DNA of 64,000 bases from Lama glama (GCA_028534125.1 CM052816.1:65040001-65104000), one strand, 5' to 3'; numbered from the stretch's first letter, positions 34,885 to 47,927 are shown. Translations and numbers: made by a program. The notes: generated by a model from the letters alone, not told the origin.

Positions 34885-37208
34885 TGCTTCCAGGAAGATG
34901 GAGTATACATACTCTCCCCTATTTCTCTCTATATAAATAAAGAATACTCTGAAAGATGGAGATAAGAAGATAGAAGGCAGATTGATTAGGGACCTTAGGA
35001 CCCAAAGAACATGGTAGTAAGTTGTTAAGTTCCCTGGGGCTTTCTTTTTGCCTCTTATATCCCAGACTTGGAACTGAAGAAGCTAGCAATCTGGAGATGA
35101 CGGTGGGCACAGACACAAAATTCTTCAATAAAAACCTACTATCTCCTGCCAAAGGAGAAGGAAAGGGACACCTTGGCATGGCAGAAGACTTTTGGACAGT
35201 AACTGCTGTAACTCCAGGCATACAACAGAGAAGAAACTCGGGACCCTCATGCCAACAAAGTCCAGGTGGGAAGCCTAGATTTTCATCTTTGTGAGATTTT
35301 TGTGAAATACCCCCAACCCCCACTGGGGTAATATCAGGAAAGTCCAAGTTGGGGACCAGAACTTTTATCTCCACTTTGGTCCCCCTGCCCTCCTCACAGT
35401 GGAGACCACATGGAAACTATGGACTTCCAAATCCACGTGGCAGTAATAAGGTCCTCCTAACTCTTCCCACTGGGCTGGTATGACATTTTTAGATGAAAAC
35501 AGAGATGTGTCACTAGAACACCTACCATGAAAGTATGGCTAAAGGAAGTTCTCTAGACAGAAAGGAAATAATGGAAATTTTGAACATGAGGAAGGAAAAA
35601 AGAATATAAGCAAAATTATGTATAAATACTGTAGATTTTCCCTCTCCACTTGAGTTTTCTAAATTATGTTTGATCATTGACAAAATTTATAGCACTTTCT
35701 GATGTGGTTCTAAACATATGTAGAAGAAATATTTAAGACAGTTATAAATGCAGGAGGATAAAAGGATATTAAGGGAGGAGAGGTTTCTATAATTCACTCC
35801 AACTGATACAATGACATCCCAGTAAACTGTGGTAAGTTATATATACTTACAAAGTAGACTGTGATAAGATGTATACTATGTATTTCTAATGTAATACCTA
35901 GAGCAATTACTGAAGAAAAAGGCTGCACAAAAAACATACATTCAAAAGCACTACAGATAAATTGAAATGGAATTCTAAAAAATGTTCAAGTAACCCACAA
36001 GAAGACAGGATAAAGAAAACAGAGAAATAAAAACCAAAACAAACAGAAAACAAAAAATAAAATGGTAGACTTAAATCCTAGCATAATGATTATCACATTA
36101 GATGTAAATGATCCAAATGTACCAATTGAAAAATAGAGATTGAGGTGGGGGAGGGTGTAGCTCAGTGGTAGAGTGCCTGCTTAGCATGCATAAGGTCCTG
36201 AGTTCAGTCTGTACCTTCATTAAACAAACAAACAAACAACTCCCCCCCAAAGAATTTAATTTAAAAAAAGAAAAAATTTAAAAAAACCAGATTGACACTA
36301 CAGAATAAAAAATATGATCCAATTATATGCTGCCAATGAGAAACTCACTTCAAATATAATGATAAAGACAGGTTAGAAATAAGAGGATAAAACAATATAT
36401 ATCAGGTAAACATTAATTTAAAAAAGCAAAGTGGTTATATTACTATCAGGTAAACTGGACTTCAGAGAAAAGAAAATTACCAGAGACAGAGAGGGTCACT
36501 AAAAATGTGTCATTCCACCAATAAGGCATAGGTTCCTAAATATGTATAAAGCAAATGACAGAGCTAAAAATATGGAAGCAACAACTGATAGAACTGAAAT
36601 AAGAAATAGATAAATCCACAACTATCCTTTATAGTTAAAGTCTTCAACATGCTTTTCTCAATAATTGATAGAACAATTAGTTAGAAAATCAACAAGGATA
36701 TGGAAAAACTCAACAACATCATCAGCCAACAGGATCTTTATGTTTGAGAACATTCCATCAAACAACAGTAAAATATAAATTTTTTCAAGTGTCTACAGAA
36801 CTTTTATCAATATATATCATATATGAAGACATTAAAAAACTTCAATTGACTTAAAAATAATTGAAATTATACACATGTGGCTCTCTAACCAGAATGAAAT
36901 TAAACTAGAAAATAACAGAAGGAAAATCTCTAAGCACTTGAAACTAAACAACACACCTTTAAATGATCCATGGATCAAAGAGTGGATCTCAAGGGAAGTT
37001 AAAATATGCATCAAGCTGAATAAAAGTAAAAATGCAACATATAATTAGTGGGACACAGCTAAATCAGTTCTGAGAAGGAAATTTATAGCATGAAATGTAT
37101 ATATATTAGAAAAGAGAAATGTCTGGAATCAATATCTTAAACTCCTACCTCAAAAACCTAGAAAAAGAACATAAAAATAAATCTAAGCCAAACAGAAAAA
37201 TGGAAAGA
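34885..37208 (+). mobile_element. Old L1 (L1MD/L1MC-like): 5' UTR, largely deleted ORF1, ORF2 endonuclease region
   Basis: 5' start cttccaggaagatggagtatacatac. ORF2 start at ~36090 reads IITLDVNDPNVPIEK*RL (cf. L1 EN IITLNVNGLN.PIKR.RL). Also atatgctgccaatgagaaactcacttcaaata and ttctgagaaggaaatttatagca. Confidence 0.85.
36144..36280 (+). mobile_element. tRNA-Ala-derived SINE (vic-1 type) inserted in L1 ORF2
   Basis: ggggagggtgtagctcagtggtagagtgcctgcttagcatgcataaggtcctgagttcag plus tail. Degenerate TSD aaaaatagagattga (36129-43) / aaaaaaccagattga (36281-95). Confidence 0.92.
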
Positions 37209-37602
37209 ATTGGTTTTGCAGGCTGATTGGAGAACAGTGATTCATTCAGGATTGCTTCTGTTAAAATATATGATTTTAAAAAACCATTCTGGCCTTCAAA
37301 ATGCCATTACCTAATTAAATAAGGATCATCAGAAAATGAAGTTAATAAATTGAGTTTATTGTTACTTTGATGATTAAGATAATGAATACTTATGGTGACC
37401 TTTTTTTCAACAATAACCAAACATATCTATGGAAATGAGTCACCAGGGATGAAGCAGCATTTTGCCTTCTCCTTTGATTAATCAAAATTTGTCTTATATT
37501 AAAGAATAGTCATGAGTTTGAGCCAGTATTTAGAGGATAGCTAAGTTGCTTCTCATGTTTATTTCCTTGTTTGTGTAATCAAGAGCAGAAAAATACCTTT
37601 AC

Positions 37603-38067
37603 CAGTAGTTCTCAACATGGACTGCAAATTAGAGTCATTTAGAGAGCTTTAAAATATACTATGTCTGGATTCTACCTAGGGAAATTCTGATTTAATTGGT
37701 CGGTGGCAGAAGTTTTCAAAATATGATCTCAGACCTGTAGCAGTGGCAGCAGCACTTGGGAACTTGTTGGAAATGCAAATGCACAACCCCCACTCCTGAT
37801 TTAGCAGTCGATGTTTTAACAAGCCCTTCAAGTGGTTCTGAGGCAGGGTTTTTCATACTTAAAGTGCATATAAATCTCCTTATATAAATATGGATTTTGA
37901 TTCCTGGTATGGTATGGGGCCTGAGATACTGTTAGCAAACTCCCATGGGAGCCTAGGGTACTGGTAGTTGACCACAGTTTGAGTAACAAGGGTCCACAGA
38001 ACATCTGGACATTTGCATTTCTAAAACCTTCCCAAGTAGAGAATGAAGCCAAAGTTGAGAACAACCA
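37603..38067. mobile_element. Nested cluster of hAT-Charlie MER5-family MITEs (about three pieces)
   Basis: Outer element cagtagttctcaa...ttctgatttaattggtc / catttgcatttctaaaaccttcccaag...aagttgagaac. Inner piece gcagcagcacttgggaacttgttggaaatgcaaat...gttttaacaagccc. Opposite-sense piece ggggcctgagatac...gaccacagtttgagtaacaagg. Confidence 0.75.
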
Positions 38068-38529
38068 GTCTAGCTAGCTCTAGTGAGACTTCCAATAACC
38101 CATGAAACTTGAACAGTCTTTCCTAGGGTTTTTTGCCCGAGTTCGTGGAGACATTGAAGAGCACATACCCCTTAATTCTCTTTAAAGTGATGGTCACTGA
38201 CTTTAAGTTGCTCCTCACTTGCCTAAGAAGACCAGTTTGTGATTTTATCCCTTATTTTCTAGAACCAATGTTGAACACACTGATTTCTGTCTTCATCTAT
38301 GCTACTACACCCCTACCATCAATATTTGCCTGACCTACTGTCTTTTGAGGTTCCCCTTCCTCTTCATTACCAGATAAAAATTAGCTAATGTGATAAAATA
38401 ATCATTCCAGTGGATTGAAAGATGGTTAGACCCCTCCCCTTTAAGGCAGTATGGATTGTATAACCATCTTCTGAGACAGTGCCCTGAGACCAGTGTTTTT
38501 CGAACATCTCTTCTCTTTTCACACAAGTC

Positions 38530-39350
38530 AGGTCCTTAGATTTCTCAAAGTTGCCTTCAACTCAGCATGCCCAAAATAGAACTCATCTTCTTCTCCATCT
38601 CTCCCTGCATTCCCTATCTCAGTGATAAATAACTAACTAACTGGGAAGTCATCTTGGATCCTTTCCCTTTGTTCCACTCCACATGGAACTTATTGTCAGG
38701 GTCTGTGGATTCTACCATTCCTGAATCCATGTGCTTTTATCCATTATGACAGCCACCACTCTCATTCAGGTCTTCATCATCTCTTAAACTGCAGTGTCCT
38801 CACTTATTTCTCTGCATTCAGGCTGGTCTTATACATTTTCCATATAGCATCCAGAGTGTTTACTCTTGCCACTTGTCATCTTTAAAATGATTCAGTGATT
38901 CTCCAGTTCTCTCAGAATAAATCTAAGCTCCTTAATATGACTTAAAAGTTGTTAATGGTTCAGTGCTTTGCTGACCTTTTCCGGAATTCTCTCCACCTTG
39001 AACTTGATGCATGTTTCCACATGCACCATTTTCTCTGTAGACTGGAGAGGTGATGCCTCCACTTAGCGTGCCTTTCCATTCTTCCACATGGCTCACTCTT
39101 ACTCTCCTTTTGCTAAGATACTACCTCTGAACAAATGCTTCCCTTGATCTCGCCTCTCTCAAGGCTGAGATACATACCCTTTAATTATCTCTTGTGTTAG
39201 AATTAGCACACTGAACTTCAGTCCCCTCTTTACTGGTTTATCTTACTCAGCTGTTCCTTAAAAGTAGGGCTCACCTTGTTCACCACTGTGTCCTTAGCAT
39301 CAAGCCTAGTGTCTATATTAGAGTCCATGCTCCATAAATATTAATAAGCA
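38530..39350 (+). mobile_element. L2 fossil
   Basis: ccttcaactcagcatgcccaaaatagaactcatcttc; ctcagaataaatctaagctccttaatatg; ttgttcaccactgtgtccttagcatcaagcctagtgtc. Confidence 0.75.
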
Positions 39351-40899
39351 AAATCCCCAGTAGTATGAAGAAAGGAGCTTTCCACGGCAAATCAGTGAGA
39401 GACAGAGGGGTGGAGCTGTTAGAAACAGACAAATCACAGTATAGATGGTGGCTGCTCTGTTCATCATAGTTCTTAGCTTTTTATAGCAGGGTATCTGGGA
39501 AAAGGTGTGCCTAAAATAAGTGAAGAATATTCTAATTAGGCTGAATGACATATTTTCTTCTTCCAAGATATCATCATAAAGGTTTTTTTTTTTAAAGGAT
39601 CTTACAGTTAAATTCTTTATTTACTTGAAGCAGTAAATTTTTCCCCCTAGGTTCCATTTCCTTCCAGAACCAGATGGGGGATTCTGGTTTAACTGACACA
39701 ATTCCATATTCTGAGTTCTTACCCTTTTTTAAAAAACTTAAGTTCCTGGGTTATATGTAGTAAATTGCCCAATATCCACCTCCTCAGCAGTAGGTCAGAG
39801 AAGAATGAAACTCCTTCAGGTAATGGAGCGGGCACTCTTCTTTGGTGAATGATGAATCCGTACCATTCATCATTCACCAAAGATCTGGACATCTGTGGGA
39901 TCCCTTTTTCCAGGGAGCTCTACTTCCAAACTGGGAAGGAGATGCGAGATTTAAAAGCTTGCAGTTCATTCCCTACATGCATATTTGCCTAGGGAAATTT
40001 TGTAACATGAACCAAAGTTTAGTAAATAAACAGCGAGAGAAGAAGCATATGGATTGGCAACAGACACTGTGGCTCAGCATCTCCAGGGCCTCCCATCAGT
40101 GTTGCATCAGAATTCTGCATCCAAGAGGCCATCTGGTTTCACAGCCTTTTCTGATTTCTGTTTCATCAGGTCATCTGCTTTAACAATCTGCAGAATGCAA
40201 TTTTGATGCTGATGCATGTGGAGGGTTGATGGTCCCTTTCTGGACCACACAGCGGTGCAATTTAATGTCAACTTGGGAACTAGATATACTTATTCTTGTT
40301 TCTGGGCCTTTCCTTATGTACCTTCACCCTGGAATTGCCCTCAAACCCATCTCCTCATTCTACATCTCCTCTGCTTATCTAAATCTAATTTCTCAGGGTT
40401 CAGCTCGTTTCATTTTCCCATGAGGTTGGGTCACAGATCATGATCTCTAGATGTTTTGCCATTCTTAATACTGTGTGCCATTCTCTTAAATTATTTCATG
40501 TTCTTTTACTTTATGTGTAAAAGTATGGCATAGTGCACCTAATAACTCAATTCGAGGCCATTCAAGTGCCATGCTCCATTGGAAAGGACACGTTGAGCTG
40601 TTTGTATCACATTTCCCAGTGTCTTTTCTGAAAAACCAGGTTAGCACAAGCAAGGCTCAGGGCTGTCAGAACATTTTCCTGGTATTTTCTCTGGCTTTCA
40701 GAATTATTATATAGGGCTTTTTTCTTTTGAGGGGATTAGGCCTCTTTCTCATGTAACCAGTCAACTTTCCTCTTACCCAGTATGGGACTGTGAAAAGAAT
40801 TAGAAGGTGAAATTGGAGGATTAGAGATGAGAAGAAACTGGCTAGCTTCTTTGTTCTTTTAATTCTTGGTTACAAGAAAGGAATGGGATCAATTACATT

Positions 40900-41000
40900 C
40901 TCTGAGCTTGATCTCAGTGTTCTGTAGCTTAATACCATCAACACCTAGTTCCAGTGTCTGGCACGTGAAAAAGGCTTTCAGTAAATACTTGTTGAAGAGA
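40900..41000 (+). mobile_element. L2 3' tail fragment
   Basis: acctagttccagtgtctggcacgtgaaaaaggctttcagtaaatacttgttgaa. Confidence 0.65.
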
Positions 41001-41869
41001 TTTATCACACTAGGGAGGGTGGCCATAAAAAATGAAAGTAACCTCATACTAAAATGGAAATAACGTTAATAGCCTCCCTGCCAATTGGTCACATCTCTGA
41101 TGCTCTTTGGTATTCTGCAATCAGTAAAATTGGTGTTTTCAAAGAATCTTATGAGAAATCCATCTGTATTCTTGCTTGGCAAGCTGAAGTGTTGGGCAAG
41201 AAGATTGTCCAGTAAAACGGAATGACGTAGAGATTTTTACATAGTAAATATCTAAATAGAAGATGGCATTATAAACCCAAGTCCGGAGTTCCTATTTCAG
41301 AATTGTACCAGGGGACCTGACTAATAAGCAGAGACCCCACTGAGGACGTCTCTACTTGGCATTCCTAATGGCTTCCCTGTGTTGTGAGAAAGCTAAAACA
41401 ACTTCACTGAATTAGACTCCTAGGTGACCTTCTCCTAGAAATAGAGCTCTGAGCCCATGACATGTAGTGGCATTTGGTATGCTAGAGGCATTAATTTTTG
41501 CATTTCCCCCCGGCACTTAACTCATTTAACTGAAATAGATTGATTTTAAAAATCTATACAATGAAAAAGTAAAATAAAAGAAAAAAGTTGAAAAATATGG
41601 TATTATTTAAAAATCTTGTCATATAATAATGATTATGAAATATTCTGATCTGTTCAGGCTTTACGCTTTGAATCACTGCTACCTAATTACTTGAACTGGA
41701 GCATTTAAGTGCTAAGAGATGATAACCAGAGAGTTCTCTTGGCTCCCACTTCCCAGTCTATGTTATTATAAATAGGTGCCCTAAAGTCTGTCACTCTTTT
41801 TAGTTTTTTTCTTAGGATTAAAAAACGTAGCTGAATAATTATATCTCTCTAATTGCAGTGACCTTCTAG

Positions 41870-42215
41870 AGATAGGACTCTTCATCTCCTATCTCCAAAG
41901 CAGCTTCTCAGCCTTCCTTATCTTCCTTATCTTGATTAATTGTACACTTGGTCTTCCAGTCATGAAGGCTAGACACCTTGGCTTCATCTTGGTCTCTCCC
42001 CTGTTCCTGGTGATTTCCCGTTGGCATATGTTCTACATTTGGACCTTGTATCTTATCTCGCTATTCCCTCTGCAGTCTGTGTTCTCTGATAATCACCTTC
42101 TACCTCATCACCAAGCCCTTATTCCCTCCCACTTCAACTCATCTCCTGTCATGTCATAAGACAAATAACGATTTTGTTCTTTTCTTGCTCAAAAACTCTC
42201 AGTAGCTCCCCAGGA
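41870..42215 (+). mobile_element. L2 fragment
   Basis: ccagtcatgaaggctagacaccttggcttcatcttggtctctccc; cttgctcaaaaactctcagtagctcccc. Confidence 0.6.
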
Positions 42216-42239
42216 CCTCCCCAAGTATAATAAGCAAAA

Positions 42240-42585
42240 TTTGACTCAAGAATGTCTATGGCAGCATTGTCCTTAATGGCAAAACATTAGAATCAACATA
42301 GATGTTTGACAACAGGGAACTTGTTAGACAAAATGAAACTAAAACCTTATAATGAAATATTATTCAGCCTAAGGATGCTGTTTTTATTTTTGAAGAATTT
42401 TTAATGTGCGAGAATGTGGAACAGAGCAGTGTCACATCGAATATACCACTGTTAAAATATCCCTGTATCTGTACCTGTCACCTATGGTTATCTCTGGATG
42501 GTGTGATTACAGGAAATTTTTCTTTTTGATACATTTAAACATTTTTCTACAATGAATGTGTATTGTTTCTATAATCAGGAAAATT
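42240..42585 (+). mobile_element. Ancient L1ME-like 3' fragment
   Basis: caagaatgtctatggcagcattgtccttaatggcaaaacattagaatcaacatagatg; ggttatctctggatggtgtgattacagg...tttttctacaatgaatgtgtattgtttctataatcaggaaaa. Confidence 0.7.
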
Positions 42586-42632
42586 TGCTCTAACAATCGG
42601 GATCTGGAAAGGAACTTATAAATTATTTAGTT

Positions 42633-42795
42633 CAGTTGTTCTTAATATATTTGTGGACCACAGGGCTCCTTGCGGATCTGATGGATGATATGGAACTTTT
42701 CTCTGAAAAATGAACATCTGCCCATAAACAAAAAATTTGGTGTGTAATTTTGTCAGGATTTTAGACTCATATTCAGAACATTTTAACAGTATGAC
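42633..42795. mobile_element. MER103-like hAT MITE
   Basis: cagttgttcttaa...ggaccacagggctccttgcggatctgatggatgatatggaacttttctctgaaaaatgaacat...aatttggtgtgtaatttt resembles MER103C as I recall it. Confidence 0.55.
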
Positions 42796-43899
42796 TCTCT
42801 TATTTAGGAGCTAATGTAGGACCCAGGAGATTTGCCTCCTTTCCTGCAGGGGATTGGAGGACTAGATCCCAGGGTTCTAGCTTTTGCCCTGAGACTTGGG
42901 ATCGCATCGCAAGCTCCCCCAAGTCGTGTGATACTTGTGGATGCTCTGTAAGCTGCTAAGCCTGTGAGGAACCACACCACACCTAAAGAGGTCCCCCCTT
43001 TACCTCTGTGGAGGGACCTCAGCTGCGGTGACAGCTGCTGTTCATGGGAGTGGCTCCCCCACTCCTCCTCCCTGTGAAGACAAGGTTTCATTGGAGAGAC
43101 AAGAGGAAAAGCTTCTAAGGTATTGATGACTCCTGGAAGTAAGCAAATATGCCTGTGTCTGAGAGCGCTGCATTTAGTACCTATTACTTTTTAAAAGATT
43201 CCTCCCCCCTATGTTTTATGGCTTATTGTGTGCAGGGGTGATAGAGGCTTTTGCCTTGAGAATGTTTGTTTTCTTCTGCTATCTTCCTATGAACTTGATC
43301 ATGATGACAGGTCATGATCAGATGGCAGGGCTGGACAGAGGCCTCTCTTGCTGTACATGGATCATTCCTGGGCTGGCACCCACAGCGGTTCCCCGCCTGG
43401 TGCCTGAATGGTGGCCTGCAGCGCGGGACTAGAAAAACCTCCCTTTCGCCGGCGGTGGGCGCCTCTGTCAACTCACAGCCTTACGTTAGGCAGTAAGCGA
43501 GGGAAGAACACCTCCCACAAGAGCAACACACACACGCCAGAGCCAGCCTTTCAACGGGGAATGAAGGAGAAGTGCCCTGACTTAGGAAGCCCTGCAGGGC
43601 CCTGATAAATCTTGCCGCAGACCACAGATTTTACAGGTAATAGAGGAGAGTTTTCTTTGGTGCGATACAGCTTCAAACACAGATCTAGAAGCAGCTGTGT
43701 GGTAACTGTTTGCAAGTTGTTAAGCCTTCCACAATCTAATCTCTGCAGAGAGCCTCGAATCAAAATAGAAGAGGGTATCCCTGCATTGACTGGAGGGGTT
43801 GTGTAAAAGGTAAGAGAATGGAGGGTTTTGAGTACTTGCAAGTACAAGTACTGGGTGCAGTTCATTCATGAATCTTGTAACATCATTCACTGATGTTGT

Positions 43900-44050
43900 A
43901 ACAATTCCCACCTAGAAAATGCTGCGGAGCAGCTGGTGTTGTCTTTATTCTTATAGGTGAGGAAAGTGAGGCCCACAGGGTGTTTTGCTCACAGACACAC
44001 AACATGAGACCAAACTGGGTGTGTCTGCTTCAAGCTCAAGGTCTTTCTCC
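43900..44050 (-). mobile_element. MIR fragment
   Basis: ttattcttataggtgaggaaagtgaggcccacagg...tgtctgcttcaagctcaaggtctttc. Confidence 0.65.
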
Positions 44051-44168
44051 TATTTAATAAATAGCTCTTATGGTGGCATATTGTTTGAGTGTTCTAATTA
44101 TTTTATGTGCATATATGTTTTAAATATTTTCATTTATGTACTATAACCCCATTAATAAAAATTAGAAA

Positions 44169-44332
44169 GGACCTACTGTATAGCACAGGGAACTATATTC
44201 AGTTTCTTGTTATAACATATAGTGGATAAGAATCTGAAAAGAAAAATATGTGCATATACAGCTAAATTGCTTGGCTGTATACCTGAAAGTAACACTGTAA
44301 ATCAACTGTACTTCAATAAAAAATAAAATTAA
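44169..44332 (+). mobile_element. 5'-truncated artiodactyl-type L1 3' end
   Basis: ggacctactgtatagcacagggaactatattcag...ctgtatacctgaaagtaacactgtaaatcaactgtacttcaataaaaaa. TSD aaaaattagaaa (44157-68) / aaacattagaaa (44333-44). Confidence 0.9.
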
Positions 44333-46689
44333 AAACATTAGAAAATACAGAAAAATATAAACGCATACACTCAGACACACATGAAACAGTTTGTCCTAAC
44401 CCCAGCCACATAGAACCTGATATACAGCAACTGGCCCTGATAAAGATTTCCTCTCTTCTCTTTTTCTCTTTGTTAATATACTGTTCTATTTTTTTCTAAT
44501 CCTTTCCCTCAAGCATATTTCTCAGGTAATTAGAATCTAAACATATATACAGTTTTAACTAAGTTAATGTATTTTTCCTTAGTGCTTCATTTCCTCACCT
44601 AGTTTAGTGCTCTTCTTGAGGCTGTCACTTTGATAAGATCTGTTTGGTTAAAAGAGACGTAGAAAGTGTGAAGTGGTCCCTGAGCGATCTGGAACACATA
44701 GACGGTCACAATGACACCCATATGCTTTTCTTCAATCCTCTTGTTCTGATATAAAGGAAAGTGATTGGGACATTACCATTTGGTCTGGATCAGAGAGGAA
44801 CAAAGTTATGACTTTTGGCTTAGCGTGGAAGGCAAGGGAGAGTGTATCTGCCGACTTTCTGTTTCCACTTCATCGATAACACTAGGAAGGCAGTTGGGTG
44901 GGGCTTTCAGATGTCTTCCCTCCACCTGCTTAGAAATGACCTATTTCTCCTTATTGAGTAAGGTTGTATATATCCACCTAGAATTGGGCCAGGGTCAGTC
45001 AGAAAGTGAGGACCGATGCACATGGTACATACACACCCACACGTGGACACCGTCAGAGTTCAGGCAGCAGAAATCTGGAGGGTGCCCCACTCCTGCCCCG
45101 CCCACACTCCCCTCCAGCATCCTCCCAGGCACCTGCTGCCCAGGGGTGCGTCTTCTCCAGCGTGAGGACACTGCTGACGATGCAGGGTGCAGAGATAGAA
45201 AGGGGAGCAAATTAGAAAGACAACAGCTAGCACTTTTTCATTTGGAAGCTGACCTTTTTCCTCTACAAAACTTTTATATGGCTGGACTCTTGAACTGCAG
45301 GGTTTCCTTCTTTATAAGGTCGCATGAAAATGTACTTTGTTCTCTCAAGAGTCTGTTTTCATGAGCTTTCCAGTAGCCTGCTCAGGGGGAACAAACTACA
45401 CCCTGCAGGAGATTTAATGTCTCTAAACACTCTCTCTCTCGCTCCCCCTTACATTCACTGATGTTAAGATTGTGTCTAGGGCAAGAATGTATCCTCCTGT
45501 TTGACTGACGACAGTCGGCTCACTCTTATAAACATCTGCCTGTTCTTCCTGTTGCATCTGGCTTCCCACTTCCTGCCTTCTGCTGCTCCTTAGCAAGTCC
45601 TGTTCTGCCAAGCATCCTTCCTCCTTTGTCTGTGTACAGCTGCTTCTACCAAGCTGTCTGCTCTCTCAGGAGAGACGGACGTTTTCCACACCTCCGTTAC
45701 TTCGGCTCTGTTCTTGAGAACTGATATTCATTAACCTAAATGGGGCTTTCTATCTTTATTAACTTGTATTAAATACAATTTTGCAGGGCCTGCTTCAGAG
45801 AGCCCCTTGCCCTGATCTTCCCTGCCCAGCACTCGGCTTGGGAAGGCAGCGTGGTATCCCAGGAAAAATGCAGCGTCTTTTTGAGGAGCTGGGTATCAGT
45901 GCTGGACCTGAGACACAGATGAGTGACCACCAGGATGCTTCATATGCCTGAGCTATTCTGCTGTGTAGAGAGGAGAAGGAATTGAAGAGAAAACGGAGTT
46001 TTTCTGGCTTTAGGGTCCCACCAAGTTAGGCTTTTGATTGACTCATATGTGAGCTCAGGGTTGGACGTTGGACTGTTTTATGTGCTGTAAGGTTCAGGAT
46101 CATGTACTGCCTTGACCTCTGGTCAAACTGCAAGGGCGTCAAGTGACCTCACCACAGGTTTCCCTCCCCACTGTGCTCCTGTGGATGAGGCACCCTGGCC
46201 AAACAGCGCTCCTCATCACACCGACCAAGCGCAGGACCTACTTCGCCTTGAGTGGCAGGCTTTAGTTCTCTGCCAGCCGGGGGAATTCTTCAAACAAGCG
46301 AGTCACAACCTCTTGTGGCAACTCGGGGTCATCTCACCGTCTTGTAACTACAGACCCCACCTCCTTTGGCCTCTGCTTGTTCACTCTGTTCCTGAGTGCC
46401 ACCCTCACGTGGCCCCGTGTGGAGAGCAGTGTGCTCCCCTGGGCTGTGAGTACACATGGCTAATGAATGTTGTAGATCTCAGCCCTCTTGAGGGGACTGG
46501 GGTGTCATGTGTTCAGCTCTGCCCACAGCTCCGGAGTAGAAATCTCTCCCTCACTGATGGGGTGAAGAGGAGGTGTCAAAATACAGCTTTTCTGTTCTTA
46601 ATATTTCTCAGGTGTATTTCTACTTTGCAATTACGTGTCCTCTCTCCTGTAAACCACGCAAAGTAGGAAACGTGCCTATAATTTTCATG

Positions 46690-46770
46690 ACTATATCCTT
46701 GATGTCTAGCACAGTGATGCCTGGCACTTAGTAAGCCCTTGATAAATATTTGTTGAATAAATGAATGCGT
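46690..46770 (+). mobile_element. L2 3' tail
   Basis: tctagcacagtgatgcctggcacttagtaagcccttgataaatatttgttgaataaatgaatg. Confidence 0.8.
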
Positions 46771-47927
46771 GACTTCTAAGGGCCCTTTCTGGGTAAGGAT
46801 TTTAGTGTCTGTCCTCTCTTTCCAGCCATAAAATTTTACTATTTCGTGATTGGGGGTGAAGTGAGGTGTGTAAGCAGAATGCACAGTTCCCCTCCACCTT
46901 CTTCCAACCTCAGAGAAGCCAATGGGAAGAATGAGTTTTGAAGACATAACCCGCATCCCCTGTTCACAGCTTAGTGTCAGACTGATGTACTTTTGTTGAG
47001 GCAGACCTTGCCAAGTACTGCTGAATTTGGCAGCCAACTCTATTTCATACCTTCCAAGACATCCTGATCCATTTGCCTAATGAACTTGGAAAGAATTTAG
47101 TGCCTGTCTCTCTCAGTTTTGTTTTGCCTGGACTGTGTACTCCAGTTCTAATTTGTTCATGGAGAAAACTGTTGCCTGCAATAGAGAGAGGACAGGGTGG
47201 GGCGGAGAGCCTCCATTCCACTGTTGTGATTTCTGTAACTATCATGAGGCCAAGGTACCATCCTATTCTGTTTGTACTGAGATCAAATTAATCAGCAGAT
47301 ACCCGAGCCACAAAGATGGAATCACGTCAGGAAGAGTTTGGCTGCTGCAAAGCTTGGGGAACTCTGTGATTTCCCTTTGGTTGTTTTCACAAAGATTTGA
47401 GCTTGAGAGGAATCTGAGTATCTTTCAGATCATTGGGTCTTGTAGTTTAGGATTTGACATTTTGTGTGTTCCCATTTCTAAACTTTTGCTTTACCCATCC
47501 TTGCAATCTAAGTCTCACCATTTAAACAATTAAACTCACACCTAATCTTCGGTGGGGAGCCTTTTCCAGCATTTGTCCCTTTGTTTCCTTTCAGAACTCC
47601 CTAACATTTTTTAGTTTATTACATTTTTTTACACATTGTATCACCTGATGTGTTAATTTTGTTCATTTTTTGCTTTTGGGAGACAAGGACTTTGAAGCTT
47701 TTTGTTTTTTTCAGAAGGCCTTATGCAGTGTTCTACACATAGTAAGTTTTTGTCAGCCTTTGCTGCTGGATTGTTTAATAGTAGGAACCAAGTGAGTTTG
47801 CATCCTTGAGGCTGAGTGTCATTCACCAGAAGACCAGACAACAAAACTGGTGTCTGTTTGTCTGAGTTACACTGAATAGATTTACAAGGCATCCTGAGCT
47901 CTGTACATTGAAGCAATGGAGACACCA

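Noticed and set aside
43295..43321. 9-bp perfect inverted repeat tgatcatga-N7-tcatgatca
   Set aside because: A few stems of this size are expected by chance in 64 kb, and it is too short for a pre-miRNA.
43884..45465. 14-mer cattcactgatgtt occurring twice (~43884 and ~45452)
   Set aside because: Several exact 14-mer pairs are expected by chance in a window this size, and the match does not extend.
44765..47037. Long ORFs (199 aa +, 184 aa +, 153 aa -)
   Set aside because: Non-ATG starts, no recognisable domain, and one partly overlaps an L2 tail. Consistent with chance ORFs in GC-richer DNA.
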